This document shows positions 52,220 through 64,000 of a stretch of 64,000 bases of DNA, one piece after another. Position numbers and translations under genes: made by a program. A model generated the notes under the pieces. The model made no database searches, was not told where the DNA came from, and saw nothing but the letters and a program-made list of their open reading frames with translations. The DNA lies in assembly GCA_010015585.1 (NCBI GenBank), contig ML975155.1; one strand, 5' to 3'. The first letter of the stretch is position 1, and the number at the start of each line of letters is the position of its first letter. The stretch is from Eremomyces bilateralis CBS 781.70 (taxonomy: Eukaryota).

Positions 52220-54446
52220 TCATCTAATACTGACACTCAACGTCAACTTTGGACTCCGCTCCAACGCCTCCCGCAGTCCCTCATCTCCCTTAATCACCCG
52301 CATCCGCCCCTCCCCATCGTCGCGATACTCCACCAGCAGGTCTGCCTTCCCGTCCTCATCGCCGGGGAGCTTCTCCAGACTGCGCCGCTCCTTCAGCTTC
52401 CGGTACAGGTCGGCGAACCGGAACCCGGGCGGCATCCGGATCACCACGCAATTCTCTGCGCTGAACCACACCTTGATCTTGACCGCTGCGCCTGTCGCGG
52501 TCGGCCCCGAGGCCCCGCTGTTCGACCCTTGCGTCAGTGACGAGTTGTTGCGGGGCATTGATGACGGCGGCTCGAGTCCGGAGTTGCCTCGGAAGTGGGA
52601 CGGCGGATTACCCCCGGGTGCGCCCCGCTGCTGCTGCTGCTGCTGCTGCTGTTGTTGCTGTTGTTGCTGTTGTTGCTGTTGTTGTTGTTGTTGCTGTTGT
52701 TGTTGTTGCTGTTGTTGTTGTTGCTGTTGTTGTTGTTGCTGTTGTTGTTGTTGCTGCTGCTGTTGTTGCGGTGGCGGCTGGGATGACTGCGCGTATGGGT
52801 TGCCGCCGCCGGCGCTATAGCCATGCGAAGGATCGGCCTCACCGGATAGGCGATAGTTGTCAGCGACTTCTGGGTCGATTTCGTAGTCACCGGGCCGTGG
52901 GGCGAAGAAGCGGCGGACGAGGTAGCCCTGTGTGATGTGAGAGCCGAGCTTGAGGAGGTTTCGGATGTATTCGTCGAGGTTCTGGCGGCGACCGTTGGAG
53001 ATGTTGTCAGTGACGTAGGTGACGGGACCGGGCATGTAGGGGAGGGAGCGCTCGACGCCCTCGACATTGCCGGCCTCGTAGGGGTATTCTTGGATGAGGT
53101 TGATTTGCAGGTCGTAGAAGTCTTGGTACAGTCGGGAGAGCTCCCAGTAACGGCCGTCTTCCATTTTGCATTCGACGATGAACCAGAAGATGTCGTCGGC
53201 GAAGCAGTAGCGAGGGACGGACGCGTTTATGGCTGCCAGCAGTTGTGGCGCGGTTCTGCTGGCGTCGCTGAATCGTGGTTGTGCCTGGAGTCGAGTCAGC
53301 ATACTGTTTGCTCCCAACATCGTCCAATCACTTACCCCATTGCCCCCTGTGGAGTAGCCGTTCGATGAGTATTTCGGATTCTTCGACGATACGCTCATGT
53401 TCTGCATCCCTTGTTGCATGCTCGTCGAGCTGCTCGGAGTCAATTCTTCTCCCAATCGGCCCAACGGAATGCTACCGTTCTTGTAGTCCGCTGCCATCTT
53501 CTTCCACTCCTCGACCTTCGGCACACCTGCTCTTTGCACGGCGGCTCCAGCATCCGGGACCGGTTGACCGGTCGTCATATCGCGAATCTCGACAAACGAC
53601 ACGGGGATCAACCCCGGTCCACCCAGTCTGGTAATCGGCTTCGCGACGAACCACTCGGGATTCGACTGCGCAATCACGATGATGGCCTCGCCCTCCCGCG
53701 CCTCCAATTCATCGGGCCTCTCTGCCTTGAAATCGTACATGACGATGCCATACACCATGTTGCCCGCACCCCTCAGTTTCGACATCCGGACGGCGGCGCG
53801 CGAGTTCTCACCAGCAGCGACGTTCGAGGAAGCGTTTGGGGCGTTCTCGGCATACCCGGAGTCGTGGGAGCTGGAGTTCGGGTCGGAGCCGGTGGAGTCG
53901 CCCGAGTTGCGGACGCGCTTGTCTATGGATTCGAAGTACTTGACGGGCACGAGGCCGCGGGCGCCCACGAGCGGATTGCAGGCTTCGTACCAGTCCTCGT
54001 CGTTTTCGCGGCCGACGACGTGTAGGAAATCGCCTTGGGAGAATTTCAGGTACGTGGTGTCGTTCGGAGGTACGTAGTCGTAGAGCGCTTTGATGACCTG
54101 TCGGGATGAGATGTCAGCATACCGGAGTCAGCAATTGAGATGAGACGGGGTCAAGTGGAGCGTTGCGCCGATTTTGCGTTTGCTTGCTCCGAGCTCCCCC
54201 CCTCGCAACGGGGTTCAACCATGTGAATTCGAGCTCACCTTCTTCGGAGGTAGGATGGCGATGGCGTCTTTCGCCGGAATGGAATTATGATGCGGTTTGG
54301 AGTCGTGTTTATCGCTCTTCAGCGATCGTCGAAACTGCGAAAGGCAGACACGCCCTGTTAGCGTGGAACCCCCGCCTTGTCTGCCGCCGATTGCAGTCCT
54401 GGGCCCGACAAGGACGTCCAACCATGGCGAAACTTACCTTGACCAT
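52220..54446 (-). CDS. BEM1: Polarity scaffold Bem1/Scd2 (SH3-SH3-PX-PB1); three introns
   Basis: VIKALYDY..DWYEA (SH3a), YGIVMYDFKAERPDEL..GPGLIPVSF (SH3b), LSRLYQDFYDLQI..LPYMPGP (PX), KIKV..YRD (PB1). Micro first exon ATG GTC AAG. Confidence 0.93.
52628..52768 (-). repeat. CAA/CAG microsatellite encoding 47 consecutive Gln in Bem1
   Basis: 141 bp made only of ctg/ttg triplets on the + strand. Confidence 0.95.
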
Positions 54447-56807
54447 TGTTCCGGGAATGGGGTATCTGGTAGAAAGAAGGGTCGCTTCTATCTTCGCGAT
54501 GAGAAACCGGCTCCTTCGTCCAGGAGACTACTCGCAGCGTCGATCTGCGTGCGGGCGCGTGTAGGGTTGGCAGATGACTAGGTGGCGGTCGAGTCGAGGT
54601 AGTGGCAGGGCGGATGCGATTGCGCTGAAGAATCTGAAAGGGATTCGCGATTTAGATGGTGAGTATTGGGTGGTGAGATGGAGGAATGGTGGAAATATTC
54701 CAATGCTTGTCGCCCAACCCGTGAACCAGGCAGCTACGCAGCTCCAGACCAGAGCACAAACCGTCTTATTATGGGATTCGGATCTGATGTTAACCTCCCC
54801 AGCACGTTTGTCCACTACCCACTAATAGCGACTTTAGCATCAGTGGCTCAGTCGACCGATTTGTTGGCAGGGCTGGACAGGCGGCTGTGCAGCACCGATT
54901 GACGGCTTCATCCGACTGTCACAAGAGAACAAGGGAATCCCAGTTTCTTCCACAAAGGAATTTCAGAAGGGAGCGCAGGGAAAGGGGGGAATTACGGACG
55001 TATCAAGGATGAAATAATAGCGCAACGCAGCTTTGGTGAGATTTAATCAAAGAGAAGTACAATAAGCAAATCCTACAACAATAGGATGTCCAACCTTGAT
55101 GTGCTCTGTTCCTTGTCACTCGTCACTCGACCCATTGATAATAGACGAACAGAAAATATCAGGAACATGTCGAGAGACGCTCCGCATACATTAATCTCGA
55201 GTGCATGGTCACTGTTATTGTCCTCGACGCTACTCGTATTCGCTGGGACACAATAGCAATGTCGACATATGCACGAGTCGTCTCCCTCACACGAATCACG
55301 ACTGCACTCAACCCTCTCGCTCAGCTACATATGACACAGTAATACCTTGCCAACCGATCACCAGTCTTGCTGCCTGAACCATCCTCGTCCAATGTTCATC
55401 CAGTCTGTACCTCGTCGCAGCCCAGCCAAACGCCGTCTTTGCCCCTCTCGATGCCCTAGCAGCACCACCACCATGGCGCCCACACAGTACTATTAGTAAC
55501 CCCTCCTGCCGGCCCCCCCAAGCGACAGCGGAACTCCACGACGCCCTCCTCCATCGCTGCACGCCGACGACATCTCACATCCGTCTCCAAAATCCCTTGC
55601 GATGACGCTTCCTCGACTCGTCGCCGCTGAGTGTGCCGTGGTGCGACTACCAGCTCCAGAGCGCGTCGGCAGCGAATCACGCCGCGGAGACGTCATGGCG
55701 CCCGATCATTGGTGAGCAAACGGGCTCCGCCAGTCCGCGCGAACTGTGACGGAGCGAGCGACTGGCGGAGATTTTTCCACGCGGGGTCGACGGGCGAAGT
55801 TGGGACCCATGGGATGAGGCCGTGATCCCGAAGGGATGTGTCGCGTATGCGGAAGATATCGTCGACGTCACCTTGGTGCGACGGGTGACTGGACGGAACA
55901 GTAACGGTGCATGAATTTTCCACTATTGAAAATGCTGCGTAATGGTAATGCGAGTTGCACGTGACCGGAGCATGCCAATGCCGAAGCATTTGGCACATTC
56001 TACGGCCGACGCACATGAAGGCGAAAAACAAAGAACCCGTGTCCAGTGGAAAGCAAAATTTCCGTGCCATCAACGCCCAAGGACCCCTTGACGGCCTCAG
56101 CCCTTTGGGACACACCCCTCCCATGTATGACCATGTGATCCGTGGTACGTGAGAAGAAAAACCGAACATTGCCTGCCCACTCCTCCGCCTACAAAAATGA
56201 AGCCCAAGCGAAGTGAAATTCATCACTATGGCCCATCATCATTGTTTTCCGAAACCTACTCCCGAGCGGGCGTCAGGTTCATGCTGGTTCGGGTCCAGAA
56301 CTTGCTATAAGGACTGTCCTGAGGATGACGTATACGTATTAGGGCCATGTTGGGACTCAACAAGTCCACATAGCCCTCGTTGGTATTGCCTTGTGATCCC
56401 AGGCACACCGAGATGAAAATGTATTTCGCACGAGCCGTTCGGACGCATCGAGTGTTTACTGTGTATAGAAAGGAGTGCGTGTGTCGAATGAAACCGTAAC
56501 TGTGCGGGTGTTGTGAGACTTGTAGTGTTAGAGAATCGGTCGGGGACGCTGCAACCGGAGGCAGGGCGTTGAATCGCATTAGCCAACTGTCCATGCCCAA
56601 TTTTCGAGGTCAGTCGAGCGACTTTGGGATGGTGTGACCGTTGCACTGCATAATCAAGGGTGTGTGCCAGGGGAATGAATGCGAGAAAAATAAGAGAAGA
56701 GAAAGGGAAAGAAATCATGAAACGTGTGGTTAGGAGTCGTGGGGAAGGGGTTCGTGCGTGACAAGCGGGACTGATGTCAAACGGCTTGTCACTCGTTCGT
56801 GGTCCAT

Positions 56808-58467
56808 TTATATCTGGCCTTTGATGTCTACTTTGCTGAAGGTTGTCTGGCGAGCCGATTCGAACAGTTTGTACGTGGGTGTGTCAGCTGCGAGCCACAC
56901 GCTGCCGTCCTCTTTTGATTCAAGGAGATCTTGAGCGCCAACGGCAATAAACCAGTCATGGCATTGCTGAACGCTTTCAAAGGCGAGTTCCTCGGCGAGG
57001 AACCTCAGTGATAGAGCTCGTTTGTAACTGATGCATGTTAGTATTTCGTTGGGATAATGGAGAATAAACCTTACCCTCGACCCATCTTAGCAAGAGCAGA
57101 CACACGCTCACGATCGATGAACCTGTCCATGATATATCCACTCATATTTGGTGGATCAATGAACAGTCTGAACAGCTTATGATAATTGCCCAGTGCAATC
57201 GCTGAACGAACATCAAGCGCGTGCTTCACCGACACGTCGTCCTTTTCTGCTGGAGTTAATTCTGCCAATACGTCGTTCAGATCGGTCTTGTTGGCAGTGT
57301 GAATGAAATAGAGAATGCGATACGCGAGAAACTCTGTCGGATGCCCTTGCAATCCCTGCGCATACAGCGCCCGCAATTGCGTCTGGCACTGGTTATACTC
57401 ACCCAAATCCCCCTTTTCCAATGCGATTCGAGCGTGCAGCTCGTACACACTCACGGTGAACTCATTCTTGAGGTGCTGGACGGTGAGATCCTGTCGCATC
57501 GATTTGAACTGATCACAGATGTACGGGTAACTTGCCCCCTCCCGCCATTTTTTTTTCAAGAACTTCAAGCTGTTCTCAAGAACTCGTTGTGGTCGAACCG
57601 CCTCAGGTTTCGGGGCTGATGTTAAGCGGAAGTACTTTTTCTCCAGGTCTTCGTTGGTTCCAATCACGGGGCCAGAGGATGCATCCGGTGCCGGAGTCTC
57701 GCTTCGGGACCTCCAGGGCGGTTGTGATGGTGATGGCGAGTGCAGACCGAACCGTTGTTTCCGGAGTTCCAGGTCGTTCTGATACTTACTGGTGGCTTTA
57801 TTAGTCTCGTCACGTCGTTTCTTGCTTCGCTTCTCGGCGCGGTCCTCAAAGGTAGGGTTGGCATAGGTGACTCGATCTTCCAGAAGGCTGTTCGATTTGC
57901 GCCACGGCGGCTCCTGATCGACTCCTAGTTCCGAAGACTTTCGTTTCTTAGAGGCCGGTACTGTTGCCTGTTCCCGGAAAGTGGATAGCGGGGGCGGTGG
58001 CGTTGGGTAGTACATCGCGTTTGGTTGGTAGGCTGGACCCAAAATGGCTTGTTGACGTTCTTGTTGGATGAAATATTGAGGTATCGGTAGTATACTCCAG
58101 TCAACAGAGTACATAGATTCGTTGCTCATGTATTCTGTGATGATCTGTTTGATTTTGGCTGTGAGTTCGTCGTGCGTGATTCCGTCGTCGTCAGTCGCTG
58201 CGGCAAAACCTCGAGAGACCCATTCGCGAACTTCCTTCGACCAGATGGTTGGACTGGGTTTTGGTACCTGTTGCCGGGGAAATGTGTTAGTGTCGCGCAT
58301 ATCGATTAGATATGATGATGAAAGGAAAGAGGTTCACACGTACGGATGGCTCAGAGCCGGTAAGTGTTCTCCGAGCAGCCACCGCAGTGAATGCGGGAGC
58401 TGTCGTTGCTGAAGTGAATGTTAGCACTATAAACACACTTAAATTACGCGTCAAACTCACAGCTCAT
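56808..58467 (-). CDS. THP3: SAC3/GANP/THP3-family PCI-domain protein (Thp3/LENG8-like); ~3 introns
   Basis: LEKKYFRLTSAP.PE.VRP, YICDQFKSMRQDLTVQH, VYELHARIALEKGDLGEYNQCQTQL; last exon ends VDIKGQI*. Confidence 0.88.
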
Positions 58468-59105
58468 TGTTACTGATGATACGACGGCACAGATCGGTAA
58501 TACGACTCGGTAAATCGACGGAAAGGGATCGTAGTCGGGGTCGGTGTGAATTACGAGACGATATCACGGCGGACAGATCAGTGTTTCGAACGATACATAC
58601 GAGTGTGTGGAAGAGCGCTTCCTATATATTAGAGATCACGATCTAGGAGTGAGGCAATGATGAACTCAGAGGAGGCAACTCCCAAATTGAAGATGGGACT
58701 GTGTGATGAAATGCGAAGTGGTTGGACGAACGACGATCGGATGTCTCGTCTGGTTCTCAGCGGTCAGCGGCTAAACTCCGGCTATATTCATGCCTCGGGC
58801 TACAAGGCACCAAATTAAGGCCAGACGAGCTATGCCCGCTGCTCAACTTGGTCTTTTGATATGAATCTAGATACCAGCGTTAGTTTAAACTTGAAATTAA
58901 GTTAGTCTTGGCTCCTCGATTAGAAGCATGTGCCATGAATCTATGTGTATTCAATTCTTTGACTCATTTCCTGTGGTCTCATTGAAACCGCTGACTTGTC
59001 ACGTGCTATCCGCCACTCTCTTGTCTTCGCCGAGCCCTGATATCACAAACAACCACTAGAACTTGGGAGCATCGCAGCCTTTCGCCCTAGAGATCTATGG
59101 ACTGA

Positions 59106-61030
59106 ATGTTTCTTCGACATCTGGACCTCACTACTGCTCTTAGGCCCTCTCTGCATCCTGACGAAACGCTTCTGTTTGTCCAAGATGCTGTGGGACTCTA
59201 TGAGGGGTACGGTTTCCGCGGAGATGAACTAAGACATATCTGACGATGCACATGCAGGAAATACAAGATCCCCGAGTACCAGAACGGCCATGCATACCTT
59301 ACTTCGCACAGAGTCTGTTATGTGGACAACGAAGAGCCGAGGAAGAACTCCGTTGCCGTGGAGCTGAAGGAGGTGGATCGGGCCGAACTCTATGTATGGA
59401 CATTATCTGCGAACGTCGCATACGGAGTCTAACTGTATTACAGGCAGGCTTTCTCAAATCATCGGCTAAAGTCACCCTCTATCCAAAAGAATCAAAACGG
59501 TCTTCATATGCGGCCTCGCCGAGGTCATCGCTGCAGCCTAGCCCAACTCCGGGACCGGACCGACAGTCAAGTCCTCTCGGACTTTCATCACCTACCCAGA
59601 ACTTGGCTAATGCCACGTGGGTCTGTCCAATATGTTCTTTCTCGAATCCAGTACCGTCGAATTTCGATGTTCAGACAGCAAGTGCAAGGACGGTGCTTCC
59701 ACCGTGTCTTACCTGTGGCATCAAACCACCGTTGGTGCATGTTGTGAAGGCAGCTTTGGCTACGATGAGCAATAGGACTACTAGTTCTGTGGACAATAGA
59801 ACAAACGGTAATGATGTTCCATCAGGTGCTGTCAGTACTGGTGTGGGGTCATCGGTATCTACCTCATCCGGTCGTCAATGTCGAAGATGCACATTCATCA
59901 ATCACCCATCCCTTGTTTCCTGTGAGATGTGTGGAGCCGCACTCACTACTGCTCCAGATCCGCGGATCGAAAGGGTAGGACATGGGCAAAGGAACGAGTC
60001 GCCGGGTCCTTCGCGCGAACTTGGTGATGACAACAGCCCAGTCGAGAGCATCAAATTATCATTCCGCGCTGGAGGCGAGAAGATCTTCCACGAAAGACTA
60101 AAAGGTTCTCTGATTCAACGGAAATGGTTACTTCAGAGTGACCCTATGGTTCCGAGTGCAAGTTCCGTTACTCCTATCTCCGACTCTCGGAACGCCCCCC
60201 AACCCGGTTCATCTGGGACAAGTACTCCCGACCGGGCGAAACTAGTCGGTATCGCTGGGCTTGAATTGAGAGGCCAAGAGCTGCGACGGAATAATGAGAT
60301 TGTCATTGGGAATGCCTTTGAGGATCTTGAAGCGTTGATGACCTCCGCGAAAGAAATCATCGCCCTCGCCGAATCCTTCGCATCCCAAGCAAACATCAGC
60401 GGTAACAGCGAGGCCAACGCCATCCTCACCCAATCCACCAGTGCTCTGGGCCTAGTCACCACCAAAGACATGCTCGGCAGCGGATCCGAATCCCTCTACC
60501 TCTCCGAACTTTCTCGCAACCTCGCCGAGTTCCTCACCGACGACACCAAAGGGGTTCTCCGGAAAGAGGGTGGCATCATGAGCCTCGTCGACCTCTGGGC
60601 GGTCTTCAACCGCGCCCGAGGCGGCGTCGAGCTCATCAGCCCCTCCGATTTCGAAAAGGCCGCCCAGCTCTGGGATCACCTGAAGCTTCCCGTGCGCCTG
60701 CGTCGGTTCCGCAGCGGGCTTCTCGTCGTGCAAGGACGAGATCGCACGGACAATAAGACCATCGCCGCGCTGCTCTTATGGCTACGGGATCTGCATGATG
60801 AACCGCCCGAAGAAGAAGTGCCGTGGGATTGGCGCATGTATGGCCGAGGGGTCACGGTGCAAGAAGCCGCGGAGAGGTTTGGCTGGAGTGTCGGAGTCGC
60901 CGCGGAGGAATTGGACATGGCCGAGGAACGTGGCGCGGTCTGTCGAGAACAGGCGTTGGATGGCCTGCGGTATTGGGAGAACTGGCTGGTCGGCATACCT
61001 GGCGTTGATACTTTCCAGACATGGATATAA
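59106..61030 (+). CDS. VPS36: ESCRT-II subunit Vps36 (split GLUE domain, two NZF zinc fingers, winged helix); two 5' introns
   Basis: MFLRHLDLTTALRP..LLFVQDAVGLYEG, YLTSHRVCY, WVCPICSFSN, CRRCTFINHPSLVSCEMCG, IKLSFRAGG, AFEDLEALM, NRARGGVELISPSD. Confidence 0.93.
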
Positions 61031-61404
61031 ACTTTTCTTTTCCGCATTCAAGTCATGTCAGACAAGGTCTAGGGGCAGCTTTGGCGCTTGATGTGCCCTC
61101 TAACTACTCGCCATACTGTGCTTCAATTGGGAGCAGATGAATTGGTGACGGTTGGATTTGGTCAACCTTTTGATGCATATTTGTCAGGCGCTGACAGCAT
61201 TGCCATAGAACTCACGAGACCACGAATCGATCTTGATATGATATCATTTCTTTGTCTAAAGTCTGGTTGAATTCCGTCTTTTTCCCGAAGAGACTCGTCG
61301 AGCCCTCAGGAGGCCACCGACAACGTGCTTCAGCCTCGACTGTACCGCACCTATTATGCAGGATCCCCACTCAAAGCACTGTCCACTCTGCACTTTCTAC
61401 ATTA

Positions 61405-63303
61405 TCCATGCCCCATGACCGCCCCACAACGGCACAACCTCCGGTTGTTGGTGCTCCCACACCAAAAGTCAAACCCACGCCAAAAGTCCAGTTTTACCAT
61501 CATCTTCAAATCTATACCACCAAACATGTCTAAACGCGTCAAATATTCAGAGGAGACTATACAGAAAGCACTCAAGAAGGCTACAGAGCCAAAAAAAAAA
61601 AGCAGGAAAATCGGTTAACGTTTCAGCGTTAGCGCGTGAGTTCCAAATCAACCGGCCTGTCCTTCGAGGCCGCCTTGAAGGAAAAACTTCCTATACCAAA
61701 CGTTCTCCGTTCGTACAAGCGAATAAACTCGATCAGCTACAAGAAAAGGCTCTCCTAGCTTGGATCCATCAACTTGATGAATGGGGAGCGCCTCCTACGC
61801 CTACAGAAATCGAAGCGTGCGCCAACTCTATACTCCGAAGAAACGCCCTCGATACAACGCAGCCACCTCACGTTAGTAAGAACTGGAAATATAAATTTAT
61901 CAAGCGCCACACCCTTCCGCTTATCGACCAAAAACCAGTCAAAGACGACTGCCTACGCGCTGAGGATCTTGGACATATACAGCATTGGTTTCAACTCCTT
62001 CAGGAGCAGATTCAAGAGCATGGAATCGAGGCACGGAATATATATAATTTCGACGAAAGTGGCTTCCGCCTTGGTGAAGGGAAGCGGCAAAAAGTGGTTA
62101 GTTTCCGACCGGGGACAAAACGAGGCAGTCCTAGTACGGAGTCAGGCGAATCGGTTACGGATATCGAGTGTGTCGCTGCTGATGGTTTCGTTCTTCCGCC
62201 ATACTTTATCTTAAAGGGCGAGAANNNNNNNNNNNNNNNNNNNNNNNNNNNNNNNNNNNNNNNNNNNNNNNNNNNNNNNNNNNNNNNNNNNNNNNNNNNN
62301 NNNNNNNNNNNNNNNNNNNNNNNNNNNNNNNNNNNNNNNNNNNNNNNNNNNNNNNNNNNNNNNNNNNNNNNNNNNNNNNNNNNNNNNNNNNNNNNNNNNN
62401 NNNNNNNNNNNNNNNNNNNNNNNNNNNNNNNNNNNNNNNNNNNNNNNNNNNNNNNNNNNNNNNNNNNNNGATGGGAAGCCGTTTCTTGCGTTAAAACACT
62501 ACTTCCGGCAGACAAATACGCATATCTCACGGTGGGGATTCGACGCAGCGGACAAGGCCTCATTCCTTACGGAAATGCCCCAGATCCGCCAAAACGCCTT
62601 CAAATCGCGTACGATTCGACACGCTTTTAAAGAGAGGGGCCTTTGGCCATGCGATCCTGAGCAGATTTTGCCAACCCTTCGGCAACAGGTTGACCAAGAG
62701 GTAGAGGAGCTTCACATATTCAATGGCTCGCCTCCACCGTCAAGTATTACGGCAACACCGAGCGTATCTCTACCAAATACTATTCGTACGGTACGCCGGA
62801 AACAACAGAAGATCATAAATACGCCTGAGGCCCTACTTTCTAGCCGGAAATACCAACGTCGCGTTCGCCAAGCTACAAACTCATTAATCAAGGCGTCGAA
62901 GAGATCGAGGCTTATAAGGGGTCTGTTTCAGCCACACAGCGCCAGCAAACCAAAAAGAGTCGCCGCCAGGTTATAACAGGACTTAGCCAGACCGGTGCTT
63001 TGTACGTTAGTGAGGCGAAACGCCATATCGAGGCGCGTGGTCAGAAGGAGCGGGAGGTGGTAATTAGGAAGGCACAGCGGGACTGGCAGCGGGAAAATCA
63101 ACAGGAAAAACAGCAGGAACCATCTACTATACTCGATCAACCTACTAGTACGGAGGATCTCGGTTTTTATATCGATTTACCTCCCGAGTTCTAATATATA
63201 GAAGATGGTAGTCAAATTGAGGTTTTGGTGTGGGTTGAGCGTTTGGTGTGGGAGCACCCACAACCTCCGGTTGTGGCCTTGTGGGGCGGTCATGGGACAC
63301 GGA
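61405..63303 (+). mobile_element. Degenerate pogo/Fot1-like DNA transposon, ~1.9 kb, flanked by TA on both sides
   Basis: ~100 bp imperfect TIRs (61405-61507 and 63201-63303), TA at 61403-61404 and 63304-63305. Frameshifted transposase fragments: MSKRVKYSEETIQKAL, QEKALLAWIHQLDEWGAPP, NIYNFDESGFRLG, ECVAADG..LPPYFILKG, DGKPFLALK, IRHAFKERGLWP. Confidence 0.92.
62225..62469. other. Assembly gap (245 N) inside the transposon
   Basis: Run of N bases. Confidence 1.
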
Positions 63304-64000
63304 TAGTTTGTTTCCTCTGCAGCAGGATCAAGCGGGGAGATTAACCTTTGGTCCTACACCGAAAAACTAGAAAGTTCAGCAATGATGCGACTCAATTCTC
63401 AACCCCATGCACTCCGCAGGAAGGAATCGTCTCCTATTGGTGGCCTCATGTTACGCTCCTCTCCGTGTTCAGCAGACTTAATACGGAGGTCCATTTCAAA
63501 AGTTATTGCTCGCCAAGGAGGTTGTGTGATTATATAAGCAGTTTCGAGAGCCTATGCCACGGGCACCGGACTGCCTATCAACTGGGCATTTATTTTAGGT
63601 CTTATAGAGCCTAATTCGAGGCAAGGGCCCGCGCTATCGGCTTTCGAACGGCTTATAAATCAAGCCCCTTTCTTGGCGAGCAATAACTTTTGAAATGGAC
63701 CTCCGTACTTATCGAGCATATCTTTAGAGTACTATATACCAGTACTGCAACACTGAATTGCGCATTGTGAATTTTATTCATATCGCCCTGCCGCTTCCTC
63801 CAGTGGGTGCCACTGTCACAACACAGAACGGGCGAGTAGCTTGATACGAATAGGTGAGTAGCAAGGGAGTAACTAGCGATGCTTGATTGATAACTAACTA
63901 GTTAAAGAATTAAAGATCCATGCTGCTCTGGATAAAAATCATCAGAGAGAATGAGACCGAGACTGATCCTTGAGGACGAGAGAACTCTGTGAAGGCAGCG

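Noticed and set aside
51706..52227. Arg/Lys-rich and Phe-rich ORFs downstream of BEM1
   Set aside because: Purine/pyrimidine-skewed 3' UTR-like sequence that is open in several frames, with no recognisable domain.
52473..53067. Poly-Cys, poly-Leu, poly-Val/Ala and poly-Asn/Ser ORFs
   Set aside because: These are alternative-frame or antisense readings of the Bem1 CAA/CAG tract.
62012..62630. ORFs spanning the N run
   Set aside because: Artefacts of translating through the assembly gap.

Overview
Eukaryotic genomic DNA from a filamentous ascomycete (Pezizomycotina-type genes; short GT..AG introns with CTAAC/CTGAC branch points). It is mostly a housekeeping block: RNase III (Rnt1/Pac1-like), derlin, Swf1 palmitoyltransferase, a cytochrome P450, a cytochrome-b5/acyl-CoA dehydrogenase fusion, Pgs1, complex I subunit NDUFA12, a Ybt1-like ABCC transporter, a secreted carboxylesterase, Hsf1, striatin, Bem1/Scd2, a Thp3-like protein and Vps36. 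Decayed material is interspersed: two degenerate pogo/Fot1-type DNA transposons with recognisable TIRs, an amidase pseudogene, a MYND-finger pseudogene, a small ORF broken by three stops, and two diverged repeat arrays with ~185-190 bp units. There is no CRISPR array, rRNA, convincing tRNA or secondary-metabolite backbone gene. The best candidate for something undescribed is a secreted protein (45584-46689) with the HH...HxH...M ligand order of PHM/DBM-type copper monooxygenases. Other points of interest are a transposon ending ~75 bp before the RNase III start codon, a decayed ~62-codon repeat upstream of a divergent HSF1, a hairpin-loop micro-inversion between the TIRs of one transposon, and a 47-Gln tract in Bem1. 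All calls come from reading the sequence and recognising motifs; no database searches were run, and exon boundaries are manual predictions.
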